A DNA stretch of 64,000 bases from Chiloscyllium plagiosum (taxonomy: Eukaryota): NCBI RefSeq assembly GCF_004010195.1, contig NC_057719.1, forward strand, positions 64,361,794 to 64,425,793, in the 5' to 3' direction. The position numbers were made by a program, and so were the translations under genes. Position 1 is the stretch's first letter. Every line of letters starts with the position of its first letter. Of the stretch, positions 35,850 through 48,814 are shown piece by piece. Under the pieces are notes generated by a model that ran no database searches, was not told the origin of the DNA, and saw only the letters and a list, made by a program, of their open reading frames with translations.

Positions 35850-37135
35850 AGAATCAGACAAAGTTAGCATGGATTTATGAAGGGGAAATCGTGCTTGACA
35901 AATCTGTTGGAATTCTATGAAGAAATAACCAGTAGAGTTGACAAGGGAGAGCTAGCTGATATAGTGTATTTGGGCTTTCAGAAAGCGTTTGACAAAGTCT
36001 CACATAAGGGATTATTGTGCAAGATTAAAGCACATGGGATTGAGGGAAGTGTATTGAGATGGATAAAAAATACTGGTTGGCAGAGAGGAAATAAAGATTA
36101 GGAATTAATGGGTCCTATTCAAATTGCCAGTGGGGTGTCATGGGGATCAGTGCAAGGACCCCAGTTATTCACAATATATATTAATGATTTGGATGAGGGA
36201 ACAAAATGTAACATGTACATCTCTATGACTCTATGATACCAAGTTGGGTGGGAGGATGAACAAGGATGCAGAGGCCCTTAATCATGATCTGGACAAGTTG
36301 GGTGAGTGGGGAAAACAGATGCAGTTTAATTTGGATAAATGTGAAGTTATTCATTTTGGAAACAAAAAAACAAGAAGTCAGATCACGACCTGAATGGCTG
36401 TAAATTGGGAGAAGGGAGTGTGCAGTGGGACCAGGGTGTCCTTGTGCACCAATCGCTGAAGGTAAGCATGCAAGTGCAGCAGGTGGAAAAGAAGGCAAAT
36501 GGTATGTTGGCCTTCATTGCGAGAGGTTTCGATTACAGGAGCAGGGTGTGTTGTTGTAGTTCTCCAGGGCCTTGGTGAGGCACACCTAGAGTATCATGTG
36601 CAGTTTTGGTCTCCTTTTCTGAAGAAGGATGCTCTTGCTCTTCAGGGAGTGCAGCGAAGGTTTACCAGGCTGATTCAAGGGATGGCGGGACTGATGTATG
36701 AGGGGAGATTGACTGACTAGGTTAGGATTGTTTTTGTTGGAGTTCAGACAAATGAGGGGGAGGATCTCAAAGAGACTTAGAAAATTCTAACAGGACAAGA
36801 CAGGATAGATGCAAAGAGGATGTTCCCAATGCTGGATGCATCCAGAACGAGTGGTCACAGTCTGAGGATTAGGGGTGGGCCATTTAGGACAGAGTTGAGC
36901 AGACAGTTCTTCACACAAAGAGTGGTGAGCCTGTGGAATTCATGACCACAGCAAATAGTTGACACCAAAACATTGAATATATTCAAGATGCAGATAGATA
37001 ATAGCACTTGGGGCAAATGGGATCACAGGTTATGGGGAGGAAGCAGGATTAGCCAATTGAGTTGAATGATCAACCATGAGGTGGAGCAGGCTTGATGGGT
37101 CGAATGGCCTCCTCCTGCTCCTATCTTGTATGTTT
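35850..37135 (+). mobile_element. CR1 LINE RT + 3' end upstream of ARG2
   Basis: KGKSCLTNLLEFYE...FQKAFDKVSH, HLEYHVQFWSP. Confidence 0.9.
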
Positions 37136-38779
37136 CCATATCTCTTGGGAAATCGCCCTATGCCATTTCCTACCACACAGAAGGACTTCCAGTATGGGCT
37201 GCTCACTGATACTGTCTACTTCGTCAACTTTTGTCTTCCATCAGAGATGGCCTATGGCTGCCTGGACGACAGTTACTTATGCACTTTTTATGGGCACCCT
37301 TTGCATTTTTGGGGAGCTAGCATGGAGAATGTTGGCTAGACTATTTAATAGATATTTTGGCTAATTTATCTTCCAGGGTGCATTCCTGAACTCTGGATGA
37401 AGTGTGTTTCATTTTTTTTGGCTCAGTGTCAGAGGTTACCTCTTCCGCTGTCTGAGCAGGTTTTTCTCCATTTTTGGATTGAGTCCCATACATCTGGGTG
37501 TGGATGAATGCAGGAAAGTCAGAGGATCTCGCCAGGGGCTGGGCTTGACCATTTGTACCTTGAGGTTAAGAGCAGCTCATTGGAGTGTCTGCCTGCCCTT
37601 CCACTGTTGTCTTGTCCACATCTGGATGGCTCTGGAGAAGGAGAGCAGTAGTTCCTGTGAATGTCTCGCAGACAATAGTGAATACATTATTATTTACGTT
37701 CCCTTTGGTTTTGTGATTTACTTTCTTATTGTGTGTCCCTTTTAAAAGACAAACATTTTATTTTTCAGTTGGTGATACTCTGGCAAACTAATGTCTCTTT
37801 TATCAGTTATTTTAAATTAGAATACGAAAAGGTGGGAGATGGACAGGCTATTGTAGAACAACAAAGAAGATTGAAGAAATAGCAAAGTCATGATTATTAA
37901 GCGGGAGTCACCAGCTGATGTAAGGGCCGAGGATAAAAGTTAGATTAGAAAGTGGAAAGTTTCAGCAAAGTAGAATAGAAAGATTGGAAATTGAAAACTT
38001 GACTTGATACAACGGCACAGGCAAACTACCCAAAGGAAATGGAATGTTGACGTTTGGAAGTTCTTTATGGAAACCATTAGTCTGTGTTTCTCGGAAAATG
38101 TACAAAAATTGTTAATATCAAATCAGCTTAAAAATCAAGGCGATGTCTTTTATTGATTTATCATTGGCAGCTCTCTCTAAGCTCTTTAAACCTGCTCACC
38201 TCGCACAGTTCATTTAATTCAGTCTCTACAACTACACCTTTGACCAAGCTTTTTACCACTCGGCTGAATTCCTTCTATGTGTTTGAGATCAAATTTTGTC
38301 TGACAACAATTCTATGGAGCGACTTTTGACTTTTTACTATTTTCCCTCATCTGTGCCTTAGTTACTTCCAGACTTGACAATTCCAACATCAACTCTAGGC
38401 ACAATGGTCTTCTAGAGACGGTATTTGGTTTCAGCATGTTGAATGTGGAATTAACTTCTGATTCTGGAAATTCCTCCTGGCTGGTCTCCCACACTTTTGC
38501 CTGTGAGGACTTGAGATCATCCAAAACTCTGCCCTGATTTGCATTAGGTGCCACTCACACAACATATGGCATGTTTTCATTCGTGATGTTCCAAAATTAT
38601 AAAATTTTGTTAAATGCAATATATAAATGCACATTATTGTAGCATAGAAGTGGTTTTGGATTAACTGCCACAAACTTCATTTGTCCATATATCAGTTCTT
38701 TAAGTGCAGTAATTTACATTTGCATTGACTACATTCTTGTGACTGAGCTATTTCAGTTTAATAACTAATTAAGGTGCAG

Positions 38780-40430
38780 AGATTGTTATATTCCATAGAG
38801 GAGAAATTTCATGATCCCATTTTCTGATTAATTTTTTCCCTTGCTGTAGGATCTTTTGTTTCCTATTGAGTTTGTTTTCATGGGTACTTGCCATTCTCTA
38901 GCCATCCTCAGTGGCAATCCTTCATGTTAAACCCTGCCTGGGAGTATCTGAATTGCTGTTGTGAGTCACTTGCTATTTTGAGTGTTGGAGTGAGTGGAGC
39001 AGTGCACCACTTGAACTGGCTGTCACCATGTTTGGGATTGACATTTCAGTGTTTACTGGAAATGATTTTACAAAGTAGAGTTCCTTGAAAACAGATAGTT
39101 ACGTTGCTATTTCCTATTTAAATAGAAAGTATATATATGTCTAGATTTGTATTGCTTATATGTGTGTATGGAAATGGTGGCATTTCATTTCATGTTGCCA
39201 TTTGAAAAAGTGAAAATACAATACCTTTTGTTCCAAGGGGTGTTTATGGGGATTGTCACAAGTATTTGGAACAGCATCATTAAGTTAGAATGATCAGTTG
39301 GGTTTTCAAAGAGGCTGAGTTATTCAGTATTCTGTTTTCTGTTGTTTGTGTTTCAATAGTTCATTGTCACTAACACTCAACATTGGAGCCCCCCCAGAGG
39401 AGCGTACTCACCCTGCTCCTATACTCATTGTATACCCATGACTGCGCCTATGACACCACCATTGTCGGTCAAATCTCAGATGGCGACGAAACAGACTACA
39501 GACAGGGAGGTGGAAGACCTGGAAAAATGGTGCACTGGGAACAACCTAGTTCTCAATGCCAGCAAAACCAAGGAACTCATTATTGACTTTTGGCGGGATG
39601 TTACTCATGCCCCCCCTACACATTAATGGCACAGAGGTAGAATGAGTGGAGAGTGTCAAGCTCCTGGGAGTGGCTATCCACAACAAGCTTTCTTGGACTC
39701 TTCATGTGGATGCACTGGTTACAAAGGTCCAACAACGTTTCTTCTTCCTCAGGCAGCTGAGGAAATTTGCCATGACAGCGAATACCTTTGCCAACTTATA
39801 TAGGTGCGCCATCGAGAGCATTCTGGATGTATCACTACCTGGAATGGCAAATGTAGCATTCAAGATTGGAGACAGTTACAGAGAGTGGTGAACTCACCCC
39901 GGCCAATGACAAAGGCCAACCTCCCATCTATAGAATCCATCTACCAGGCTCACTGTCAAGGAAAGGCTGCCAGCACTCTCAAAGATCCATCCCACCCTGG
40001 CAATGTTTTTCTACAACCTCTACTATCGGGAGAAGGTACAGAAGCCTGAACACACGCACCAGCCAGTTTTGCAACAGTTTCTACCCTACTGTTGTTAGAA
40101 TACTGAATGGACTCACAAACTCTTAAAAACACAGGGACTGGTGAATGTTGTTTTTGCTGCTGTTTACCTATTACTTACTGTCTATGCTACTTAACTGTGT
40201 GACCTGTCTGTATTGCTCGCAAGACAAAGCTTTGCACTGTGCCTCGGTACACGTGACAATAAATTCAATTCAATTCAATTCAATTGAGTTCATCTTGTAA
40301 ATATTTTCTGTTTTGTTTAAAACTTAGTGGTTTGACCAGCTGATTCTCTCCTGGGATATCTACCATACACCTGCTTAGGATCTGGGCTACCTTCTTTAAA
40401 TGTTATGAGGGGTTTGGCCTGGTCCATAAC
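38780..40430 (+). mobile_element. Solo-LTR-like sequence hosting the Rex1 insertion
   Basis: Colinear across the Rex1 duplication and ends ...CCATAACA like the LTR ending at 57719; left boundary uncertain. Confidence 0.35.
39365..40286 (+). mobile_element. Rex1/Babar-clade LINE, 5'-truncated
   Basis: LLYSLYTHDC, NASKTKELIIDF, LSWTLHVD...QQRFFFLRQLRKF; (TTCAA)n tail; duplication AGTTCAT at 39358-39364 and 40287-40293. Confidence 0.8.
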
Positions 40431-40449
40431 AGGGGGACTGGACAAATGT

Positions 40450-41315
40450 AGGTGATACGATCAGTAAACTTGCAGACAACATGAAAGTTGGTTTTATGAT
40501 AAATAACAATGAAGCGAACATTAGAATCTAGGCAATGTTTCCTTTAAGCTGTGCAGTCATTCTAAGGTTCTGTGTGTGATGATCAGCGTTGGCTGCTGAC
40601 ATGGCACTGACTTCCAGTTCACTGTCACTGCCATGCATGTGCTGAGGAGACCTGCATGGACTGTTTTTAAAGCAAAATTAGAATTCTGGCAAATTAGACT
40701 GGCTGGTCAGATAGCCTGAACAGTGGCAAATGGCATTTAATCTTACATTTGTAAGATGATGCGTTTTGGGAGGACTAACATGATAAGGGAGTACATGGAA
40801 AATGATAACATTCGTGAGGAAGTGCTGAAGATCAAAGGAATCAAGGCATTGAATTCAAGAACAAGGAGGTTATGGTGGAGTTGTGTATAAGGCCATACAT
40901 CTGGTTGCTACAGTGTAGGAATGATGTGATTGCACTAGAGAAGGTGCAGAAGGTATTCAACCAACATGGTAACGAGCATGGATATGTTGGGCCGAAGAGC
41001 CTCTTTCCCTGCTGTAAAATCTTTTCCCTGGGGTGGGGAAGTCCAGAACTAGAGGGCATAAGTTTAGGATGAGAGGGGAAAAATTTAAAAGAGACCTAAG
41101 GGGCAACCTTTTCACTCAGAGGGTGGTACATGTATGGAATGAGCTGCCAGAGGAAGTGGTGGAGGCTTGCAACATTTAAAATGAATAGGAAGAGTGTAGA
41201 GGGATATGGGCCAAGTGCTGGCAAATGAGACTAGACTGGGTTGGGATATCTGGTTGGCATGGATAAGTTGGACTGAAGGGTCTGTTTCCGTGCTATACAC
41301 CTCTATGACTCTAAG
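40450..41315 (+). mobile_element. Composite of decayed CR1 fragments
   Basis: KLADNMKVG, LEKVQK and a CR1 3' tail ending CTCTATGACTCTA. Confidence 0.75.
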
Positions 41316-42797
41316 TCTTAGTCTTGCTACAAATGTGATGATATTAATCTCGGTTTCCACCTTGGTGTGTACCATTAAAGACGTTAATGCTGGTGGCCTT
41401 CCTGGTGAGCTGCTAGCTTTTGCAGGTCATTGCAGATTATTCAGTACTTCTGTCTGCAGATCATGGGTGCTGCTTGAACCAACATATCTCCTCAACCAAT
41501 AGTTTATCTGATCAAAACAAAAAAAAGACAAGTGCAAACAACTCAGCAGGTCTTGCAATTTCTGTGTGCAGAGAAACAGTCACTTTTCATTGAAACCCAA
41601 TATCTGATCTTATTTATTGTGGTATCTTGCTGTATGTGAACTAGCGGTGCTCTTAGTTCATCTGTGTGACAACAAATAACTGCATTTCAAAAAGCAATGT
41701 GGTAACATTTTCCTTGAATGCAGGTTGGTTCATTTTTCTAAATTCAGGAAGTCTTGAAGTTCCAGGCTCATTTCACACTAACCGTTATCAGTGTTTACTG
41801 ACAGACTGAATACTGAGAATGATTTTCGACTGGAGGGTACAATGTGAATGTTAACAGTGAATTGGACACAATCCTGAGTTAAGTCGCGTCTCTCTTTCAC
41901 TTTTGTTTGATGTTCTTTGTGTGGGCTGAACTGGCCTCTCTTCGTTTGGCTGTGCAGACGAAGGGAGAGGTCTGTTTACTCTTGCTGTGTAATTAATTGG
42001 GCCGAGTCCCGAGCTTGTCCAGTGGGAGGAGGCGGGTGCAAACTGAAAACCCAGCGATATAATAGGACCAGGGACCCCAACTAACCAGCCACTGGGTGCT
42101 GAGCCAGCGCCTTCTATTTCAGCCCTGGAGGGTCAATAATGGAAAAGAAAATCTCAAGTGTTTCACTGTGCATTGCACTGACTGGCGGTGTCAGTGATTT
42201 GGGGATTTTCCTATGGGGCTGGTGTGAGAAATCTGAGAGGCAGTCAAATTCTACTCCCACCCCCCACTTCTCCTGACGGCCCAGGAAATCTTCGCTGTTT
42301 CACAAAGCTGAGGCAGCAGTGTTTCTAACAGTCAGCTCCGGGCGCTCTGCCTGTCATGTTCTGAGCAAAGAAACATCATCCGCCCTGACACAGGAAATTC
42401 GAGTGGCCGCTGCTGCGAGGGAGGGAGGGGGCACAAGAGTTCAAAAGAAAGTAGCACCATCATTTTCAAATTAAGATGATTCGGGATTCTCTGGAATGTG
42501 TGTGTACAAGACGCTGCCCAAGAAATTCGATCCTAGCGGTTCGTGGCTGTGTTTATGCTCTGCAGGATTTTCCGGTCATCTCAGTAACATCAAGCTCTTT
42601 CGATGTAACCCTTGCAACCCTGTGCTGACTGTGTGGACTTTCAGGAATTTGGGAACAGGATTAGGCCATTCAGTCAGTTCTGCCATTCCAGGTGATCATG
42701 GTTGATTTGGATCCTAACTCCATATACCTGTCTTTGGCTCATATCCCTTAATACCGTTCATTAACAAAAAAAATCTACCTCCAATTTAAAACTTAGC

Positions 42798-44097
42798 AAC
42801 TGATCCAACATCAAAGAGTGTGGCGCTGGAAAAGCACAGCTGGTCAGGCAGCTTCTGAGGAGCAGAAGAGACAATGTTGCCATGCCAGCATATGCTCTTC
42901 ATCAGGAATGTGGGGGGTGGGGTGAGTGAAGGGGCTGAGAGATAAATGGAAGGATGGTCGGGCTGGGGGTCAGGTAGCTGGGAAGGCGATAGTTAGATGA
43001 AGGTGGGGGGGTGATGGTGATAGTTTGGAGTGGATAGGTGGAAAGGAAGATGGACAGTTAGGACAGTTCAAGAGAGCAGTGCCCAGTTGGAGGGTTGGAT
43101 CTCAGATAAGGTGGGGGCAGGAAGATGAGGAAACTGGTGAAATTGACTTTAATTCAGTGTGGTTGAAGAGTCCCAAGGTAGAAATTGAGGTATTTGACCT
43201 CACGTCGTCGAGTGGCTTGGATTTGGCGGTGAAAGATGCCCAGGACCTGCATGTCCTTGGTGTAGTGGGAAGGGGAGCTGAAGTTGTCAGTCACAGAGCG
43301 GTGGGATTGTCCCGGAGGTGTTCTCTGAAACGTTCCGCAAGTTGGCCTCCTGTTTCCCCAATGTAGAGGAGACCACATTGAGAGCATTGGTCACAGTAGG
43401 TAAGCAGTTGAAGGTGCAGGAAAATCTCTGCCGGATATGGAAGGATCCTTTGGGGCCTTGGATGGAGGTGAGGGGGGAGGTGTGGGCGCAGGTTTTACAC
43501 CACTTGTGGTGGCAAGGGAAGGTGCTGGGAGTGGAGGGTGGCATGGACCTAACGGAGTCACAGAGGGAATGGTCTCTGCAGAATGCTGATGGGGTGGGGA
43601 AGGAAATCTATCTCTGGTGGTGAGATCTGACTGTAGGTGACAGAAATGGCAGAGGATGATGTGTTGCCTCCAGAGATTGGTGGGGTGGTAGGTGAGGACT
43701 GGAGGGTTCTATCCTTGTTGGGGTTGGAGGAGTAGGGTTCAAGGGTGGAGGTGCAGAAGTGGAAAAGATGCATCGGAAGGCATTGTTGACCATGTGGGAG
43801 GGGAAATTGTGGTCTTTGAGGCCATGTGGGATGTTCTGGAGTGGAATTGGTCCTCCTGGGAGCAGATGAGGCTGAGGTGGAGTAATTGGGAGTAAGAGAT
43901 AGCGTTTTTACAGGGGGTGGGGTGGGAGGAGGTGTAGTCCAAGTATCTGTGGGAGTCAGTGAGTTTGAAGTAGATGTTGTGTTGAGTCAGTTTCCAGAAA
44001 TGGAGATGGAGAGGTCCAGGAAGGGGCTAGAGCCACACTGTTTGACTCTGATCTCCAGCATCTGCAGTCCTCACTTTCTCCGAACTGATCCAATATC
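42798..44097 (-). mobile_element. Penelope-like element (family A parent): RT C-terminus, GIY-YIG endonuclease, pLTR, inverted terminal piece
   Basis: - strand SSHPTPCKNAISYSQLL, FPCHHKWCKTC (Zn knuckle), CGLLYIGETGGQLAERFREH; family A pLTR at 42813-42910; inverted tail 44032-44081; duplication AACTGATCCAA(C/T)ATC at 42798-42812 and 44083-44097. Confidence 0.88.
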
Positions 44098-44526
44098 TAC
44101 AACCATTTGTACGTGAGCGTTCCAAACATCTACCAGGCTTTGTGTGTACAAGTATTTGTTAACATCTCTCCTGAATAGCATGGCCCTAATTCTCAGGACT
44201 GTGCTGTCTAGAAGATTCAGCCAGTGGAAATTGTTTATCTTTGATCAAATCACTCCTTAACCTTCTAAATTCCAAAGAAAACAGAGCTAATTTGTATAAT
44301 CTGTCCTCATAATTCCACAATCTTTGTTTCTTCAAACGTAGATTAGACCTCTCCACTCTACTTGATACTTACACCAAAGGCAATCTGTTCTTCTGCCAGG
44401 CACGGCTGCCCATATTGAGAACCTTTTCCCCTGAAAAAATATTTAGTCTGCCTCTGCCTCAGAATCTGAGTGTCCAGTCAACAAGGCCAACAAGTGTCAC
44501 CTCCTTTTGCATTCAGTTTTTCCAAA

Positions 44527-44830
44527 CTACCTCACAGCACCCGAGTCCCAGGTTCAATTCTCGTCTCAGGCGACTGTCTGTTTGGAGTTTGCACATTCTC
44601 CCCATGTCTGCGTGGGTTTCCTCCGGGTGCTCCGGTTTCCTCCCACAGTCCAAAAATGTGCAGGTCAGGTGAACTGGCCATGCTAAATTGCCCGTAGAGT
44701 TAGGTGGATTAGTTAGGGGTAAATGTAGGGGAATGGGTCTGGGTGGGTTGCGCTTCGGCGGGTCGGTGTGGACCCCTTGGGCTGAAGGGCCTGTTTCCAC
44801 ACTGTAAGTAATCTAACCCAATCTAAACTA
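44527..44830 (+). mobile_element. V-SINE (HE1-like), 5'-truncated
   Basis: Box B GGTTCAATTC, V-domain GTCTGCGTGGGTTTCCTCCGGGTGCTCCGGTTTCCTCCCACAGTCC, AATCTA tail. Confidence 0.88.
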
Positions 44831-45253
44831 ACACATCCTTTTAGCTGTTTTTTAAATGAGTCCCTGTTCCTCTGACGACCTGATCACACAAGCTTTTGTT
44901 GCTGAGTGAAGTTCAGCCCCAGCTTCGCACCATTCCTCATTCCAGGGTGTTCTGCTTTTCCTTAAAAATTAAACAGACAGATTCAAACACAGCTGTCTTT
45001 GTAAAATCCAGCACTCATAATTGTGAAAGGTGGTTTTAAAAAAAAGAGCAAAACGAGAGGTTTACAAGAGGGCAGAAAGTTGGGGATGTTAAATGACAAG
45101 AGAGTTAATGGGGCAGAAATGGGATGTATTGGAACAAAATAGGAGGCCGTGTTGTTTAGTCCGTAGTGTTCCTTTCTGTGACCAGAAGCTCAAGGGTTCA
45201 CATCTTGAACTGGAATGATGGCCAAAAGAAAAGAATTTCTAACACAGACTGGT

Positions 45254-45387
45254 CATTCCTGATGAAAGGCTATGCCCAAAACATCGATTTTCCTGCTCCT
45301 TGGATGCTGCCTGACCTGCTGTGCTTTTCCAGCACCACTCTAATCTTGACTCTAATCTCCAGCATCTGCAGTACCCACTTCTGCCTG
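45254..45387 (+). mobile_element. Family A2 hammerhead element (decayed core)
   Basis: ATTC-CTGATGA-AAGGCTATGCCC-AAAACATCG...CTCCAGCATCTGCAG. Confidence 0.75.
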
Positions 45388-46719
45388 GTTATAAATCTGT
45401 CTAACACATGCCATTGGTAGGCATCAGGTATGGAAGAGTTTGCTGGTCAGCCATGTGATGGAAATAAATTGGCAATCCTGCTGTCATGCGTAGCATCAGG
45501 CCATAACATACATGTAAAAAAAAATGTATTTTGCAACTTGGATTCCTTAGGAGGTAGTTGCCTGGATGGCTGGGGTGGATTTGGAACCTGTCTATTGGTC
45601 TTACTCATGGTGGAGGTAATAGGATTCAGAATTGCCTTCAGGAAGGGAACTAAAAAAGGAAGAATGGGGGCAAGTCTATTTTTAAAAAAGAATCCAGAGG
45701 AGGGGTGAATGGTTAACTGTTACTGTCAAAGGCAAAAAGAAGATGAAGACTGACACATACAAAGAAAAAGAAACAAAGTAGGGAGGCAGAGATTACAATG
45801 CAAGATTCTTAAATTCCATGTTGCATGTAGAAAGCTGTGCCGTGTCACATTGAAAGATGAAGCTTTCCAGTGGCAGTGCAGCAGACTGATGTCAGCCTGC
45901 AAACAAGCTAGAAAATTTGGATGACATGCAAGTGGTAGCTCAGGACCATGCTCAAGACTCGTGGTGGCCCAATCTGCATTTGCCCTTCCTTGTACAAAGT
46001 ATACTGTGTTGTCAGCTGTGATGACAATGGACCAATTTGAAAGAAATACTTGAATGTCCTAAATTGAAATATTTACATGCAAATCACTGTTTCACATGGA
46101 AATATCTGAATCATGTAGATAGTCCCTTGTATTCTCATTCCCTAAATCCAAAGGCTGTCCAGCATTGTATTAGCGTTTTTCATTGATTTTTTTACATCTG
46201 ATCACAATATGTTGACAATGTAATTTCATGGACTCCTAAATCTTTTCAGATCTTAACTTTTTGCAGCATCTTACCAATAAGAAAATATTCTCTTTTTATC
46301 CGTTTGAGTTCCAAAATGAATAACCTCACATTTGCCTATATTTGTTCAAATCCAAATGGATGATTGCAGTGTCTGTTTCCTCACTCTATGACTCTAATAA
46401 AGTCAGTAGAAAATTGTCAACAGCTTAAGATAGTCCTAAAAGGATGTAGTAAGGAAAGGACAATAGGTGTTACTCAGAGGTGAGCAGCTGATGAGGGTAA
46501 GGGCTACAGTCTTTATGAAAGTATTCACATAAATCTCCTGAAAACAAATTCCAGCATCTCCATTGTAATTTGAACATGGATCATTTCTTTGAGAAAATTT
46601 GAAAATATACATTAAAAACTGTTTTGTTTAAGAATATAATTTTAGTTTTAGTAATTTCCATTTTTCCAAAGGAATGAGGTCAATGCATTAAAACATATTT
46701 AGAGTCTATTAAACTTAAA

Positions 46720-47648
46720 ATGTTGGGACCGTGTTGCCTTTAGATAGGTAATATAATAAAACAGCTAAACAGCTGGAGCTGTTATGTCTGCAATATTTGC
46801 AAGAATTGTAGTCCGAAGATATGTTTTTTTTTGGGAATGTAGAGGTCAATTAGCTTGAAGACATTCAGTAAGCCTTGAAAGGTGACTTGTTCACACCAAA
46901 AAGCACATCTTAAATGGGGCTTAATTTACTTATAGGTCAGTTTTGAAGTCACCAACAGAAGGCTATGTTTATATGGGGACAGCTGGAACCTAAGAAGACT
47001 TTCTGTTTTGGATTAATTTGGGTGTTTGTGGGGAGGCCTAATTGTGATTTGGATCTGATTCAATTTGCAGCTCACTGAGAGGAAATAGCCAAAAATAAAT
47101 CGGTAAAATATATCATTGACTGTGTGGAGGTTCGGTGAGGCTTAGTCTCAGTTTAGACTTTGTCTGTGATAGAAGCTTGGAGATTGCCTACTTTGAAGCT
47201 GATGAGGGAATTTACAGTGGATCTTAGTGTTGTATTGCAAAGTAAAGTAATTGGCTAATTCACGAGGCAGTACTAGAAAAATAACTGGAACAGAGGACTG
47301 AGGCATCCATAATCAACAAGAAGTGAATTAAAATCTTCCTGTGAGAATAGCTAGAGTTGAGGAGAATTCCCCAGTTTACTTATGGGTGGTCCCTATGGAA
47401 GTAAATCACTTCGATACACCTTCCTAGAGAATTGATGTGGAAGAAGAGCAGTTAGCTTGACTAGATAATATATTATAGCTATACCCCATATAGGTAAGAT
47501 AATAGTGCTTAATTTATTTACTCTTTCATAAACAATTAAGTTTGTTTTGTTTAAACGAAAGTGAACTCTTCTGTTGCAGTTATGTAGGTTAAAACAAGAT
47601 GTTTGGATTCATTTTCAAATGTTAATGCTCCCTGACAGGATCTTAACA
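46720..47648 (+). mobile_element. Possible solo LTR
   Basis: Ends ...GGATCTTAACA with LTR-like composition; no clear target duplication. Confidence 0.3.
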
Positions 47649-47869
47649 ATAGTTTGATACATTTTATTTTCAAATATGTGTGTGTTCTGTTGGCATGTTA
47701 TTTGAAATGAGACAATGTATAGTAGTTCAAATATTCAGAGAAAATTTACTTCCCTTTACACGGTCGTATAGCTTCCTTATTAGTAAGGATTGATAATGGC
47801 AAAACATATCTGGATCTGCTTTAATTTCATTTATTCAAGGCATCTGAATAAATTATTCATGTCCAAGGC

Positions 47870-48810
47870 ACTTAGCAATTGGCAATACATGCTGGCCTAG
47901 TCAGTGACACCCCATATACAATGAACAAATCTTTCAAAGATGAGATTTGAATGACTCTGGCAAGGCTGGCAATTGTTGCCCGTTCATAATTGTCCTCAGG
48001 TGGTTGTGACCATCTTTTTGACCACTGCTGTCCATTTGTTGTAGATACACTCTTGCAATGCTGTTCAGGTGAAAAATTCCAAGAATTTGACTTGGGCATT
48101 ATGAAGGAATGGTAATCTAGTTTCAAGTCAGTGTTGGAGGGGAATTTACACATGATGGTGTTCCCATATGGGAACTCTTGGCAGAGGGTTTGGAAGATGT
48201 TGTTGAACAAACCTTGGCAAGTTTCTGAATCTTGTAGGTAGTCGACAGTGCAGCCTTTAATTTAGTGATGTTCAGACTGAAGCTGGGTGCTGATCTGGCA
48301 AACTGCTTTGTCATAGATGGCGCCTAGTTTCTTGTGTTGCAAGTATAATACTTATCTAGTCAATGGGAGACTATTCTAGTGAATAGTGAACAGGTTTTGG
48401 GGAAGCAGAAGGTAGGTTACTCAGTACAGTTTCCTAACCGCCAGCCTGCTCTTGTAATGCAATATTTGTGTGTCTGTTCCAGTTTTGTTTCTAGTCAATG
48501 GTGTGTCCCAAGAATATTGATGATGATGGATTTAGTGACGGTGACATTGTTGAATAGCAAGGGAAGATGTTTAGATTGTCTCTTATTTGAAATGGACATT
48601 GCCTGGCATGTGTGCTGCAAACATTATGAGCATTTATCAGCTTAAGCTGATCCTGCTTCATGCAGGCAATGATGTGCTTTAGTGTCTGACAAATTATGAA
48701 TGATAGTAAATACAATGTAATCATCTGTGAACATGCCCACTAGTGATGAAGGAAAAAGCCTTGATGAAGGAGCTAAAGATGTTTGGGCATGAGATACTAC
48801 CCCGCAGAAT
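47870..48810 (-). mobile_element. Old CR1/L2-type LINE remnant
   Basis: - strand LVGMFTDD (YADD-equivalent) and SWN..P 3' motif. Confidence 0.65.
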
Positions 48811-48814
48811 TCCT

